64,000 nt of DNA from the NCBI RefSeq assembly GCF_030684315.1, contig NC_081397.1, forward strand, positions 2,418,001 to 2,482,000. The letters are read 5' to 3'. The translations under genes were made by a program, and so were the position numbers. Below are positions 39,571-52,029 of this stretch, in pieces (positions within the stretch are counted from its first letter, which is position 1; each line of letters starts with the position of its first letter). This DNA comes from Stegostoma tigrinum. Lineage: Eukaryota. Below the pieces are notes generated by a model. It saw only the letters and a program-made list of their open reading frames with translations, had not been told where the DNA came from and ran no database searches.

Positions 39571-40698
39571 TTAATCTGACCCCAACGGTTCATGCAATGC
39601 AAGTGTGACAGCAGCTATCATTGTGTAGCCGCCAGTTTCTGCAATTTGAATGTCACTGTTATCAATCTCTGAGTTTCTGCTTGGTGACCATGTGAGTGCA
39701 GTTATCAATAACGGCCTGTCAGCTTCTACTCTGTGAATATGAGAGTAGTTACCAAACTGTATCTGTCAGCTAATGCTTTGTGAAACTGGGAAGGCTGACT
39801 CCAGAATCTGCAGCTCTTGCTATCTCTAAAGTGATCGTCAATCAGTTCCTATCAATTTCTTCTGTATGGATATGTGCATGTAGAGCAACCTGTACCTATC
39901 AGTACCTCATAATTTGCAAGTAAAGTTATCAATATGTACCTGTGGGAATCTACTTTGTGAATATTTGAGTATAGTTATCAAACTGTACCCGTCGGTATTT
40001 TTTAAGTCTGTGGGTATGCAGTTATAAAACTGTACCTGTCACTTTATGGTCTGTGAAATTGGGAGTTGTCATCAATATGTAGCTGCCAGTTTCTGCTGTG
40101 TGGATATGTGAAAGTAGTTATCGTTCAGTTGCTGTCAGTTTGCTATGTGAATGTGAGTGTTGTTTACTAACCTGTGTATACCAGTTTCTATGATGTGAAT
40201 GTGTGAATATCTTTATTAATCTTTAGCTGTCGGTTTCTGCAATGTCAATATGTGAGTCTCGTCATCCTTTCTCTTTTGTATGCATTTGCAACACAAATGA
40301 GTGAGGTTAGGCATCAATCCATACTGGTCATTTTCTACTTGTAAAAGTGGCTTAATTGTCAGCAGCCAGTAATATTCTTAGTGGAGGTGTGATTCATTAT
40401 GTGATAATTGCTAGTAGAGTAATTTTACATCGATTTCATTCAGATACTGAGTGTATAACTTCAGTTCATCCATCTTCAAAAATAGTGTACAAGTCAATGG
40501 ATGATGAATGCTGAAATTTGTTGGAACTGTGTATTTGGAATGGAGAGATAAGAAAAATAAAGTTTAATTTCTCCAACGTTGTTCTCCTGTTGGAAAAATT
40601 TGAACATATCTGTTGGAAATTAAGCTCACTGTGTGTCTGACTCAATCTGCTCTGTGACTGCGGAAAGGATGTTCTCTGCTCTGACAGTGGGAACATAC

Positions 40699-40787
40699 CT
40701 GCTGTTTATCAGAAGGATCTGGTCACACTTGCCTCTGCACTGAAGAAATCTTACTTTGTCTTGGTCATTCAAGTGTTTTCTTTTTTT
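40699..40787 (-). other. Orphan paralog of putative exon 2 (89 nt)
   Basis: Minus strand tctgtcttcccgcAG | 89 nt | GTATGT. Flanks align to 47965-48490. Confidence 0.5.
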
Positions 40788-41219
40788 CTGCGGGAAGACA
40801 GAAGAGATAGTTCGGGTAAAGCAACATCAATTGGGTTTGACAATGTTTAACTGATCAACACAACATTTCATTAATAATCATTTGGATATACTAATATTAC
40901 TAGGAATTCTTACATAACTATGGGTTTTGATCCAATCTTGCCCAAGCTGCTCCTTGTCTGATCATTTCTAAAAACTTCAACACCATTTGAATGAGCTCCT
41001 GAAAGTAAATGATACCTGTACAGCTCCATGACTGGAACGGCCCAGTGGAAGCTTGTCAGTGGATGCGAGTTTAGTTATTGATCTATTCATGTCAGTTGCT
41101 ACTTGGTGAATGTGTGAGTGTAGTTATCAATGTGTCCCTCGAGGTCTTTGGTAATTATTCATGTATTACACAACAGAGGCTGACAGGGACAGAATGGTCA
41201 GGAACTATTGATCCATTTA

Positions 41220-42400
41220 AATTATGCAGCACAGAAGGTGGCCATTTGGCTCATTATATCCATGCTGACCCAAACACCCCAAAATGGCCATCATAAAATC
41301 CGATCTTCTTGCATACATCCCATAGCCCTGCAGCTTGCAGACTTAATGTGGAGGTCCAGGTATGTTCTTACAAGAGTTGAGAATCTCTGCTATCAGCAAC
41401 TCAGGCAGCGTATTTGAGATAAGCACCCTCTCATAAAAATGGTTTTCCTCCCATCATCTCTCATCGTCCTGCCACTTCACTTAATCCACACCCAATGGTT
41501 TTTAAACTCTATGCCAAGGGAAACAGATTCCCCCTGTCGACTCTATCTCTGCCCATCCCAATTGCCTGAATCATGGCACTCCCAGCTTTCACTGTTCAAA
41601 ATAATACAGCTCCAACCTCTGCAATCACTCCTCATAGCTATAACTCTCCAGCCCTGGCAACATTCCAGTAAATCTTCTCTGCAATATATCCAGAGCAATA
41701 ACATTTTCCTGTAATGTGGTGACCATCGCGGCGCACAATACATCAGTTCCAGCCTCACCAGTGTCTTAAATACTTTCATCGTTATAGCCCTACTTTTGTG
41801 TTGTATACCTCTGCCAAAAAAGGACAGCATTCTATATACCTAGTTTCACAATCTTATCCACCTGTACTGCTATTTTCATACTCCATTTCACTTGCACACC
41901 AAACCACTCACTTTATGTACTATTTCCACACCACCTCATGTATTCCTATTTTGTGTCCTTGCACCTCCTGAAATGCATTACCTCACATTTATCAGAGTTG
42001 AACTCCATATGCCACTCATCTGCCCCTTCCACTAAAACTTCTATATCATTTTGGAGCTGACAGCTATCCTCTGCACTATCAGTACACTGTTAAATTTTTG
42101 TGCTGGCTGAAAATTTCCCAATTGTATCCCCATGTTCAAGTCCAAGTTGTGATCACATAAAACAAACAGCAGATGTCCCAACACTGAGCTATGAGAAACA
42201 CCACTTCAAACAGCTTTCGGTTTACAAGGGCAGCCATTGACCATTTGATTCCTGTTGCAAAGCAAACTTTGCTTCCAATTTAGCACATTGCTCTGTATCC
42301 CAAAAGCCTTTCCATTTCTGATTCATCTGCTGCATGGTACTTTATCAAATGTCTTACTAAAATCCCTGTAGTTAACGTGCATTACACTATCCTCACACAT
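41220..42400 (-). mobile_element. Old CR1 fragment
   Basis: VFKTLVRLELMYCAPRWSPHYRK (41543..41830). Confidence 0.7.
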
Positions 42401-42499
42401 TCACGTGGCATTCACTGACAGGTATTGATTGATAACTAAAATCACACATCCACGTTGTGAAAACTGACAGGGACTGATTGAAAAATACAATTGCACCTT

Positions 42500-43040
42500 C
42501 ACACAGCAATCAGTGTCTATTTGTGTTATACAGATGTGAGTTTTGTAATTAATCTGTTGATAATGATGTGTGAACATGCAACGTGAATATTTGAGTGCAA
42601 ATTTCCATCTGTATCTGCCCACGTCTGCTCTGGGAACCTGAGAATGTAGTTATTCATCTGCAACTATCAGTTTTTGTGATGTGAATATATAAATGTAGTT
42701 ATGAATTTGTAATGCTTTCCTCTCCATGAATACGAGAATACAGTTATCTATTTCTACCTATCATTCTTAGCCATGTGCATATACGGACATTGTTATCAAT
42801 CTGTCCCTGTCATTACCTGCAGTGTGAATGTTGAAGTGCAGTTGTAAACCTTTTCCAATCAGTTTCTGTGATTTGAATATGGAAATATAATTGTTATTTC
42901 CCCCTATCAGATTCTACTCTGTGAATATAACTGCCTTGTTATGCCATTTTATGCCTCATGCGGCTTGGGAGTGTTACTGTGAGTTTCTTCTGATCAGTTT
43001 CTGCTTTGTGAATATGAGAGTGCAGAAATATTGTCAAAGT
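42500..43040 (+). repeat. Degenerate ~47-49 bp satellite (short inverted piece at 42410-42500)
   Basis: Recurrent gttat..tctg..cctgtca..gtgaat motif. Confidence 0.65.
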
Positions 43041-45419
43041 ACATCTGGGAAACAGACCTTTGGTCCAACAGTCCATGCCGACCAGAGGTATCAATTTCAT
43101 TCCTTTCCTTTCAGCATCTGTTTGTTGTATGAGAGGGAGATTTCTAATGAGGTGCCAATCTGAATGAAAGATGGGTATTGGGCTAAGTGACACTGTCCTT
43201 TTCCAAATGTCTGCTTGTGTTTCCAGCTCTGCATGTATGATTGGATTCCCTTTATGAGGTGTATTATAAATTATTATATCATTATAACACTAATTTATAA
43301 TACATTAATCACATAGAGAGTGTGGGCATTCTTCTGAAATAGTCAGTCTCCCACTCAGATTATAAGCGTGGTTACTGCTGGTTTTCAGCAGCATCGGCTG
43401 ACAGTCAGCATGGGATCGATTCAGTCTCTGGCATTGTGTGTCAATGTATTCCTCATGCGTTGTCTTCATATTTCACATGGGTAACGAGGGGTAATGTTGC
43501 ATTGAACAAGTTACTTGTAGGAACTGCTGACATTCTTCTATTGTTCAAATCTCTGCTGCTCAACATGAATGAGATTTTACCCAATGCCAAATAATCAGAT
43601 CATGTAAATTAAACTGTTTTAATACCTTTGTCAGTCTCCGACTCTGTGGATACAGTTTGGTCACTGTCCGGTTTATGATAGTAAGTTTCGTTCGGGATTG
43701 GTCAGTCACTCAAAAACTGAATGTGTATTTATTCCTCCTGTAACAAGATCATGAGATCAGCGTTTCTTCAATCTATTTCCAATGAACTCCAGTTATCTGT
43801 ATCTGTTCACGACCCCATTTGCTTTCTTCTTTGGTCCATTTAACAACATCTTTATGCAGTACTTCTGCACGAGATGGGAGCTGCTTTTTCATTTGTACCT
43901 CTTTGGAAGCAAATTAAATTGCAATGTTTATTTCATTTTAAACTTGGCCTACTATATATTTCCTTCAGTTTCAACAAAGGAAATTGACGCACTAGTTACG
44001 TGTCCAAATCAAAGGCATGGTGTGATATTTGGAAGCATATTTAATCTGGATTTCAATTTACTTCTTCAGCTGTTTCAGTAGAATTCATCATTGATCATGC
44101 AATCGATTCAGTATTTTCTGATGTAGTGAACATGACGAATTTACTTTATGCCAAGCTTATACCTCATACTTAATCCTCAAGGAAAGTATTCACATACTGG
44201 GATTGAAGTACTTCGCTCTTACCCTGTCCTATTAATGCGTAATGAAAGGGGAGCTTTCCCACCCATGTGATATTTAAGAGAAATGGCATTTTCTTTTGTT
44301 TTTGCCTGGGTATCTACTAACCTGGCAGCATCTCCACGCTTTCTAAGTTATTCTGTACCGACGGTGTATTGGCACAAGAGCTGCTGTTATGAAACAAGAC
44401 AGACAGATACACTCAATTGATCCTATTTCTATCTTCCTGTATTGCGTTACTGAGCAGATTAAGTATTTCTTGCAAAGTGGAGAGCCAATTACCACCATGG
44501 CAGAGGACAGAGTTTTCGGTTCATTTCTTCTTTCGCAAATGTGAAACAGCCTATATTCTTCAGTTGTTTGTGCCTCCAGCATTTATAAGCAAGTGAAAAT
44601 GCAAGGCATTGCAACTGAAATGAGTCTGTGCCTTTCTGTAGAGTTGAGGACAGAGAAGCAATGGACCTTTGCCAAGGATACATTGCAGAGTCTAACTGCT
44701 GTGGTGATATCAAAGGATATTTTCAGGATGAGATTAATATTATTCAACATTGCATAGTGACACAAGTCTTGGAATGCTGCTAAAGTAAAGATGTTAATTT
44801 AGGATGTTATTGCCAAAGAGGAAGTGCAATGAACAAATCAACTGCATTGCAGCTGACTGACCACAATGTTTGTTGTGCAGGAAAGAAAATTAGCCTTCTT
44901 ACTTGGATTTTGTTTTACGGCGCGGACATTAACATGCTCGGTGTTGAACTTTTGTTTTCTGTCATTCACTGGGCAAAACTGGAACCATCAAACTGAATTT
45001 ACTGAAGAATAAACACTGTTGAACAATGTTTGCAAAATATAAGTGAGGGCGGTTCTATTGTGATCTTGCTTGTTTGAAAAAAACGGCATGAAGCTTTCTT
45101 GTGTTTTATGTAAAAATTCAGGTGGATTGTCAAGAGGAACAGAGCTATTTGAACAAATTTTAAGCTAATTTGAAAACAAAAGGTCTCTGATTATAAAGTC
45201 CTCTTGCTTAACATAGAATAAAAAAAATCTGATCATGCTTGGTGAAGAAATTGACAACTGATAAAGGTGAGGATGATACTTCCTCTGCCAACATGACACA
45301 TTTATGGAATTTGAATACTGGCTGAATTGATGTAGAATTGTCGGCTGGTTGTTTCTGAACAGTGCAGATTCAGTGAGAGAAAGGACTGTTTCCTGTGCTG
45401 CAGACGTCTATGAATTTGT

Positions 45420-45950
45420 GTGTGAGAGTGGTAATCATCGCTTCGTACTTGTCGGTAGCTGTCACGTGAAGATATGAGCGTAATCATCAAACTGTCCCTC
45501 TCAGTTTCTGCTGTGAAATATGTGAGTTTCGTTATCAACCTATATCCATCAATTCCTCTTGCGTGAATGTCAAAGTGTTACAAATATGTCCCTGTCAAAT
45601 TTGTCTGTGAATACGCAAATGTAGTTATCAATCTACATATGCTTATGCTCTTGCTGTCCTGTCATGTATGCATGTATTTATCAGCCTGTACCTGTCAGTT
45701 TTTGTAGTCTGAATGTGTGTGTAATTATCTTTCTGTCCCTGTCATTTTCTGATATGTGAATATGAGTATGCCGTTATCAATACGTGCCTGTCAGTTTCTT
45801 CTCTCTGGCTGTGCAAGTGTATTTAACCATTTGGCCCTGTCAGATCCTGTCCTGTAAATCTGAGAGATGAGTTTTTAGGCTATGCCTGACATTATCTGGT
45901 TTGTGAATGCATTTATCATTCTCTCCCTGTATAATTTCTGGGGTAGGGTT
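45420..45950 (+). repeat. Degenerate ~47-49 bp satellite
   Basis: Recurrent ttatc..ctgt(a/c)cctgtcagttt motif. Confidence 0.7.
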
Positions 45951-46399
45951 TCTGTCTTTTATTTCGGCTTGCTCTGTCTCTGGTCTGGATACATATTGAG
46001 TTTAATGTTCATTTGTTGTTGCAAGCTCACTGTATGAGACATACTTAATTGTACAGTCAACAATCTAGGTTATCTGCTTGAGTGTAGGTTATTCTCTGTA
46101 TCATTTCAGGTAACTACTTGATTTCCTTCTGGTCCATTTAATAGCAAAGTTTATATTCATTGGAAGTGTATCAGATGGTTTTCACTATTCAGTTTGTAGT
46201 TTTATGCAAACAAATGCAATGACAATATCAATTTCAATTTCAATCTGAAAGTTATCCTGATATGCAATTTCTCCAGTTTGTACAAAAGGAAATGAGACTT
46301 TAATTATCTCTAAGTCGATGAGATGGTGACACAGAGAGGTGAAATTAATCTCATGTTCGATATATTTCTTGGACTACTTCTTGGGAATTCAGTGTGTCA

Positions 46400-47215
46400 A
46401 AGAACAAAAAAAAACATTTCAGCAGAGGAACAGGCTCTTTGGCCCTCCAAGCCTGTGCTGATCCATATCCCCTATCTCAACCTGTCACCTATTTTCCAAG
46501 GATCTGTATCCCTCTGCTCCCTGTCCAGTCACCTATCTGTCTACATACATACTAAGGGACACTATAACGCACGCCTCTACCACCTCCGCTGGCAACGCAT
46601 TCCAGGCACCCAAAGCCTTCTGTGTAAAGAATTTTCCATGCATATCATCCTTAAACTTTTGCCCCTCACCTTGAAATCATGAAGCGTAGTCAGAGAGTTC
46701 CACACTCTTGGAAAAAGCTTCTTGCTATCCACCCCGTCAATTCATCTCATGACTGTGTAGGCCTCAATCAAGTTCCCCCTCAACCTCCATCTTTCCAATA
46801 TAAATAATCCTAATCTACTCAAACTCTCTTCATAGCTAGCACCCTCCATACCAGGCAACATCCTGGTGAACCTCCTCTGCACCTTCTCCAAAGCATCAAC
46901 ATTCTTTTGGTAATGTGGTGACCTGAACCAAAAACAATATTCCAAATGTGTTCAAATCAAAGCCCTATACAACTGTAACATGACCTGCCAACTCTTGCAC
47001 TAAATGACACATCTGATGAAGGAAAGAATGCACTATGTCTTCTTGACCACTCTATCGACATGCGTTGCCACCTTCAGGGTGCAATGGACCTGAACACCCA
47101 GATCTCTCTGGGCATCAACTTTTGCTGGGGCTTTGCCATTTACCACATAATTCGCTCTTGAAGTGGATCTTTCAAAATGCATCACCTCGCATTTGCCTGA
47201 ACTGAACTCCACAAA
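46400..47215 (-). mobile_element. CR1 3' fragment
   Basis: ALEKVQRRFTRMLPGMEG (46742..46945) and GKCEVMHF (47033..47287). Confidence 0.8.
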
Positions 47216-48051
47216 ATTTGTCCTTTTTTTCCCCAAATACAGTGAATGAGTGATATTGACATTATGAACACAGGAGTGCATGTCCACACGAGGATTGAAG
47301 TATTTAGCTCACATTCTTTTCTATTTGTCACTTATCATGAAAGGCTAGCTCTCTGACCTGAAATCCGTGAGTGGAAATCATCTTCATTGTTACACTGTGA
47401 GGTTTGCAATATACATGATCTTCATGGCTGTTAGATGGTGTGACACATGTGATGGGGATAGTGTATATATTTACAACTCAGTGGAGTGCGTGTGTGCCAG
47501 AAAGTGTGTGCGTACACTCTGCTGGCATTCTACGTCAGGCTTTGGGACAGGATGTGCATTTGGAAGGCACATTAATTAACTGTTCTGGCTGAGCCTGGGA
47601 CATGTATTTGACAAAAGATGAATGCTGTCCTGCTCAGTTACTGATGATAACGTCAATGTTTTCTTCCATATCTGTCCTCATTATCTGCTATATGTTTGGT
47701 TGGTGTAACTATGTGACAGCATGAAAGATTTCTTCACCTTGACAGTAAATTTGAAAACATGCTTACTAAATGTAGGTTTACTGCCATTCTTTTGTGTCTA
47801 TTTCAGATGAAAATTCAGTCTATTCACTTTCAAAAATGCCATAAATGCCAATAGGCTACAAATGATCTTTTTTGAAGCAGGGTGGTGTATTGAGAAAACA
47901 GAGGGGGAAAAAAAAACTATTTTTATTTTGTTGTTTGTGCTTGACTGTTGGCTTGCACGCATGTCACCAGAAATTGAGTTTAATGTGTCTCTGACTCAAT
48001 TTGCTCTGTGCCTGTGGAAAGGATGTTCTCTGCTTGGACATGGTAACATAC

Positions 48052-48133
48052 CTGTTGGTTGTTCAAAGCAGCTGGTCACCCTTGGCTTCGTACCAAGCAC
48101 ACATTACATCGTCTTGTTCCTGCAAGCGTTTTC
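48052..48133 (-). other. Putative 82-nt non-coding exon 2 of module B
   Basis: Minus strand ctgtcttcccccAG | 82 nt | GTATGT. 57/82 ungapped identity to 21218-21299. All three frames contain stops. Confidence 0.55.
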
Positions 48134-48635
48134 CTGGGGGAAGACAGCAGAGTTTACTCCTGTAAATCAACATCAATTAAGTTTTAAAATGTCAAAAAGA
48201 TTACTGTAATACTCAGGTAATAATTATTAGGATGTTTCTTTTCTTTAACTTCTTCTGAAGAACGGTGCTCCAAAAGCCTGTCATTTCAAAAGAACCTGAG
48301 AGATGATGACAGTGTCATGAGACATCTACCTTTTCTTTAAAGTCATCAATTCAAATGCAGGTCTGATTCCATTTTAACTTTCAGCTGCGCCTTGTCTGAG
48401 GATTTTTTAAAAAATATATCTGCTTCGATAGCAATTGGGTAAAATCTAGAAATGGAACGATAATTGTACAGCTCCACGTAAGGTGCTACCCAGAGCCACT
48501 GCAATGTCTGCGCAGCTCATGTTACCAAATCCCAATGCACTGACTGTAGAATATATTGACTCTAATCCATGTCCTTTACAGGGTTCTTATATTTCCAGTC
48601 TTGTCTGTGTTTCGACTTTGACAGCACAATGTCAA

Positions 48636-49121
48636 CAAACAGCATGAAACAGAAGCCAAACAAGGAATTTCCATCAGTGGTTGGGGATTTGAAAACCACA
48701 AGACTGACCCCCAGCAGCTTCTTGCCGCTGTGTCTCCCTCAGCAGGCCCACACACAGCCCGAGAAAGGCCTCTCTCTCCCCGCCCCCAGGATGCTCTCTC
48801 TCCAAGTTCCGGGACCAGTTCCTGCCCCGTTCGGCCACTTACCAACAGCCCCCGGTTCTCCCTGAACTGAGCCCGAATCAATGCCGGTCTCGGAGCCCCC
48901 ATCTGTGTCCCAGACTCACATCTCGATGCGCTGCCGGAAGGAGCCTGCTGCTCCCCCGCTTCCCTGGGCGCTGGTCTCTCCATTGCGGTCTGTTTCAAAC
49001 AAACCTCTTCCACTCACTGAGGAAATGCCCGTCAATGGCAGCGCAGGGGGAGGGCCTCACGCATGCGCTCCTCTCAACAGCCAAAAGCACCTCTTTTTCG
49101 GGGGGAATATCGCGCATGCGC
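48636..49121 (-). promoter_or_regulatory. GC-rich module B: two NRF1-type sites, putative exon 1 and donor
   Basis: ACGCATGCGC at 49059-49068 and perfect GCGCATGCGC at 49112-49121. GTGAGT donor (minus) at 48914-48919. Confidence 0.65.
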
Positions 49122-49449
49122 TACTTTTCCAAGTAATTCCCAGAAACAGTGATCAATTGATCATTTCCCCAATTCACTTTACACCCAGTTTCAGCAAAGC
49201 AACTGGGGGCTGTGGGGGAAAGAGCAGAGACCGTTTGTATATAATGACTTTTCTTTCCCACGATTCAATACCAATTCGCAAAAAAAAGAGCGTGAAACAG
49301 AAGCTGAACGATGAGTTTCGATCGTTTCCCGGACCATGTTAATAACTCCCTCCCTCCGGCTCTCACAATCTGGTGGGCAAGTGGAGTAGCTAACGGCCAT
49401 TCGGCCCGTTAGATGTGCTCCCTAATTCAAAACATCACGCCTAATCTTA

Positions 49450-52000
49450 TGATAACAAAGTGTGGGGCTGAATGGGCACAGCTGACAAGCAGCATCTTAG
49501 GAACACAAAAAGCTGGCGTTTCGGGCCGAGGCGCTTCAACAGAAAAGCGGAGGGGGAGAGGATTTTGAAATAAATACGGAGAGAGGGGGAGGCGGACCGA
49601 AGGTGGACAGAGGAGAAGATAGGTGCAGAGGAGAGTATGGGTTGGGAGGTAGGGAAGGGATAGGTCAGTCCGGGGAGGACGGACAGGTCAAGTGGGCGGG
49701 GCGAGGTTAGCAGGTCCGAAACGGAGGTGCAGCTTGAGGTGGGAGGAGGGGATAGGTGAGAGGAAGAACAGGTTAGGCAGGCTGGTACGAGCTGGGCTTG
49801 TTTTTAGATGCAGTGGGGCGAGCGGAGATTTTGAAGCTGGTAAAATCCACATTGATGCTATTGGGCTGCAGGGTTCCGCAGCGGAATATGAATTGATGTT
49901 CATGCAACCTACCGGTGGCTTCATTATGGCACTGCAAGATGCCCAGGATGGTCATGTCGTCTGAGGAATGGGCCCAAGCTATGCCTGCCTCTTTGTGGCT
50001 TATGTGGAACAGTCCCTCTTCCGCACCGACACTGGCCCCAAACCCCACCTCTTCTTCCGTCACATTGATGAATGTATCGGCGCTGCCTCATGCTCCCAAG
50101 AGGAGCTCAAACAGTCCATCCATTTCACCAACATCTTCCATCCCAACCTCAAGTTCACCTGGACCATCTCCAACACATCCCTTACCTTCCTGGACCTTTC
50201 TGTCTCCATCTCAGGCGACCACCTATAACCGATGTCCATTTCAAGCCCACCGACTCACACAGCTACCAGGTATACACCTCCTTCCACCCACCTTCCTGCA
50301 AAAATTCCATCCCCTATTCCCAATTCCTTTGCCTCTGCCGCATCTGTTCCCAGGATGAGGCAATCCACTCCTGCACATCCCAGATGTCCTCGTTCTTCAA
50401 GGGCCGCAACATCACCCCCGCAGCGATCGAGAACACCGTCGACCGTGTCTCCCTCATTTTCCGTACCTCATCCCTCACACCACGCCGTCGCAATAATTGC
50501 CCCAAGCGAATCCCAAAGTCCTCTGGCTTTCTGTAAGAAGGCAACAAGTTGTGGTTGATGGAAAACATTCAGCCTGGAATCCGGTCACTAGTGTTGCGCC
50601 TCAAGGATCTGTTTTGGGACCACTGCTGTTTGTCATTTTTATTAATGACTTGGATGCAGTCATTGGTGGATGGGTAGTAAGTTTGCAGATGACTCTGAAG
50701 TCGGTGGAGTGGTGGAGAGTGTGGAAGAATGTTGCAGGTTGCAGGGAGACTTGGATGAACTGCAGAATTGGGCCAAAAGTTGGCAAATGGAGTTTAATAT
50801 GGATAAATGTGAGGTGATTCACTTTGGGAGGAATAATAGGAAGGTAGAATACTGGATCAATGGAAAGATTCTTGGTAGTGCGAATGTGCTTTGGATCATG
50901 TTGTCCATGTACAGAGATCGATGCAAGTTGCTACCCAGGTTGATAGTGCGGTTAAGAAAGCTTATGGTCTGATAGGTTTTATTGGTAGAGGGATTGCGTT
51001 CCGGAGCTGTGATGACATGATGCAATTTTACAAAACGCTCGTGCGGCCTCATTTGGAATATTGCATGCAGTTCTGGTCCCCCCGATTACAGGAAGGATGT
51101 GGAAGCATTGGAAAAGGTGAAAAGGAGATTTACCAGGATGATGCCTGGTCTGGAGCGCAGGCCCTATGAAGAAAGGCTGAGGGACTTGGCTCAGTTCTCA
51201 TTGGAGAGAAGGAGGCTAAGAGGTGATTTAATAGAGACATACAAGATGATCAGTGGATTAGATAGTGAGAGTCTTTTTCCGAGGATGATGACTTCAGTTT
51301 GTACAAGGGGGCATAGCTACAAATTGAAGAGTGATAGATTGAAGACAGATGCCAGAGGTAGTCTCTTTACTCAGAGTGGTAAGGGCGTGGAACACCCTGC
51401 CTGCCAATGTAGTTAACTCAGCCACATTAGGGGCATTTAAACAGTCCTTGGATAAGCATATGAATAATGATGGGATAGTGTAGGGGGAGGGGTTTAGATT
51501 AGTTTGCAGTTCGGAGCAATATTGAGGGCCGAAGGGCCTGTTCTACGCTGTATTGTTCTATGTTCATTACCACCCCACCAACCTCCAATACAATGCGACA
51601 CTTCTGCCATCTACAATCCGACTCAGCCACCAAAGACATTTTTCCCACCCTACCCTTGCATGCCTTCTGGAGAGACCACTCTCTCCATGACTTGCTTGTC
51701 AAATCCCACCACGCCCTGCAACCACAGGAAGTGGTTGCACTTGCTACACTTGCTACACAAGCTACACTTGCCCCCACACCTCCTCCTTCACTCCCATCCC
51801 AGGCCCCAAGTTGACTTTCCACATCAAGCAGATGTTCACCTGCATGTCCGCCAATGTGGTGTACTGCATCCGCTGTACACGGTGTGGCTTTCTGTACATT
51901 GGGGAAACCAAGCGAAGGCTTGGGAACTGCTTTGCAGAACATCTACGCTCGCAGTAAACAACTGCACCTCCCAGTCGCGACCAGTTCAACTCCCCTTCTC
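49450..52000. mobile_element. Inverted PLE (minus arm 49450-49968, plus arm 49968-50523 and 51565-52000) with nested CR1
   Basis: MGPSYACLFV...FFRHIDECIG (49968..50228). The PLE sequence resumes in register after the CR1. Confidence 0.8.
50530..51564 (+). mobile_element. CR1 3' fragment nested in a PLE
   Basis: [42 protein letters not shown]; tail tattgttctatgttc. Confidence 0.88.
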
Positions 52001-52029
52001 ATTACTGTGTCCTCAATTTCACCCAGGAA

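Larger units (their letters stand above)
34305..40330 (+). repeat. Large degenerate ~47-49 bp satellite domain (34305-34918, 36338-37070, 38270-38800, 39570-40330) interrupted by PLEs
   Basis: Consensus ~AGTTATCAATCTGTACCTGTCAGTTTCTGCTGTGTGAATGTG(TG)AGTGY. Anchors at 39973, 40020, ~40068 and 40116 give a 47-48 bp period. Confidence 0.8.

Noticed and set aside
34305-40330. 47-49 bp repeat as a CRISPR array or decayed C2H2 zinc-finger array
   Set aside because: Eukaryotic context, no unique spacers and no cas genes. The period is not 84 bp, varies out of frame, and shows no Cys/His pattern.
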